This document shows positions 62,031-64,000 of a stretch of DNA of 64,000 nucleotides, one piece after another (positions within the stretch are counted from its first letter, which is position 1; each line of letters opens with the position of its first letter). Position numbers and translations under genes: made by a program. A model generated the notes under the pieces. That model saw only the letters and a list, made by a program, of their open reading frames with translations, had not been told where the DNA came from and did no database searches. Where the stretch lies: the NCBI RefSeq assembly GCF_006345805.1, contig NC_043005.1:33480001-33544000 (forward strand), read 5' to 3'. Source of the stretch: Octopus sinensis. Taxonomy: Eukaryota.

Positions 62031-64000
62031 ACAATGTGGACCCATCTTTTTCTCCCATGACATGTCCTGGTCATCAACAACAATGGTGGACGAACTTATT
62101 AAGCATTGCTAAAGCCCATTCTTTCTAGATCTGCTATATTTATTCAAATAACAGTAATATGAACCTCTTATTTAAGTCAGTAAATGCTAGCAACAGGAAA
62201 GGCCTCTGATTGTAAAATAATGCCTCAGTATATACACATGTAACCCATGCCTGTATGGAAATATGGATGTAAAACAAATGAAAAATAGTACTATCTTTCT
62301 AAATAATGTGTTCTATTTATCTTAAAGCATTTTCTGGATGGTAGGCTAAGGGCATAGTGTTTTGCCTTGTTAAAACCCTAAGTGTTTACTGGTATTTTCT
62401 GCTGCTTTTACTGAGATTTCAGCTGATACTTTCATCCCAGTCTATTGGTTCTACAGATATTTCAAGTGTTTGAAAGTTGGCCCTAGCATCCTTTAAAAGA
62501 TCATCATCTCTTCAAAAATAAAATGTCATCCAATTTGCAATGATCTAATTTAATAATCAGTCTAATCTCTAGTCCATTGTTGTATTGTGATAAAACTTGA
62601 GTACCAAACTGTACAAAGCCCAAGTTGCAGTCCTTCTCTTGGACAAAAATTAGTGGCACAGAAAGACTTTCATACAGAGGCAATGGCCAATCTTCCTCAA
62701 AAGTCTGCTCAACCTGCACATACATGTGTAGATGAAATGGTTAACTTTGACAGATGAATGAATATTGATGAATGGTCCGATTTGATTAAGAGACCCTATA
62801 AAAAGGTTGAGATAGTTCTCATGTTTTCAAAAAAAATTTCTTGTTCCTTTAATTTACAAAACCTTATAAGTATGTATACCATGTTTCAAACTAGTTTCTA
62901 ATCTGTCTTAATCTGGTTGTGTAAATTATGTATTACTCTACAAAACTAGTACCACTTTTAGAAATAGTTAAATCCTTAAAATTTCTATAGTTAAAACTTT
63001 CTCCCTTCTATTAAACACACACACAGAACATATCCCTTGTCCCAAACCTTCACCACCTATAACCTGCCAACCCTCCTTTCTCCTCCCAAATCATGATGCT
63101 TGAGTGGTAGTGGTGGTGAGATTGTCCTCCGGTTAACCTTTACCCATCTTCCCTGATTCTTCTGCCACTACACTCTCCTGGACATGTTTACTTGAACACA
63201 CACCCTAGCCCCTCATCATCATTTTATTTTTCCTTTATGTACCACTCTAAACCCTCCATGTATAACATGGGGTAGCACTGCTTCTATTCAACCCTCCCCA
63301 CTGGCTCTATCACTCACTCTCTCTCTAACTCCTGATACTACTTTCCTTTCCCCCACTTCCTTAACACTGTCTCTCTTTTCAGTCCTACTGTATGCTGCCT
63401 TGGGCAATTGTTTATTTCTTTAATTCTGAGCTGTCTAATATCTTATGAGTGAATTTCATAAACTGGAACTGTACGAAGCCTGTCATGTGTGCACAAATGT
63501 TTACATTCTATGTTCTTAATACAAATAAAGCATTGAGTTACAACTGGTAAAGTTTGTTGACATTTCCCTTGTCAATAAATTGTCAGCTGATTTGCATTTA
63601 CAAAGACATGTGGAATAAGAGGTCCTTTCCTTGAAAAATAAAAAAAAGTAAGGGTTAGTGACAGGAAAACCATCCAGCTGTAAAACAATGCCTCAATAAT
63701 ATGTCTTTTGTGGATTTGGTTAATAACCGTTTGTATCCTAGTGTATAAATTCACAACTCTGACTATCATAAGCGATGACTACATGGGTTGGCAACAGCAA
63801 CAGTTTCCATCACTACCCAACAACATGTCAATATGGAAAAGCAGGTATAAAACAGAAATGGAACTCAGTATGTCTTTCTCATCATCATCATCATCATTGT
63901 TTTAACATCCACTTTTTCATGCTTGCATGGGTTGGATGGAGTTTACTGAAGTAGATTTTCTTTAACCAGATGATCGTATGTCATTCCAAGCAAGGTAATA

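Noticed and set aside
62504-62725. 73-aa protein-like ORF on the minus strand
   Set aside because: An overlapping plus-strand frame is open for a similar length, no motif was recognised and the splice context is unconvincing.

Overview
AT-rich, microsatellite- and transposon-dense eukaryotic DNA. The SINE, RTE, CR1 and mariner repertoire points to an octopus (Octopus sp.) genome; this is recognised from memory, not from a database search. No prokaryotic features, CRISPR array, rRNA or genuine tRNA gene is supported. The only well-supported host coding feature is a probable first coding exon on the minus strand (13769-14147, His/Gln/Asn-rich, perfect ACAG|GTAAGA donor) below a CpG-rich promoter; I cannot identify the gene. 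The rest is mostly decayed elements: tRNA-derived SINEs, RTE and CR1 LINE fragments, DD34D mariners, DD37D maT transposons, MITEs, Helitron-like elements, a solo LTR with PBS, and a ~9 kb nest of a 20-bp satellite invaded by transposons. The most interesting signal is a set of hammerhead-ribozyme motifs from several unrelated repeat families. The best is a 438-bp non-coding monomer with a perfect 30-bp terminal redundancy and an intact type I hammerhead core (48592-49059), resembling a non-LTR retrozyme or non-autonomous Penelope-like element. Most ORF-track entries are translations of (TA)n/(CATA)n repeats. Element boundaries were read by eye and are approximate unless a terminal motif is quoted.
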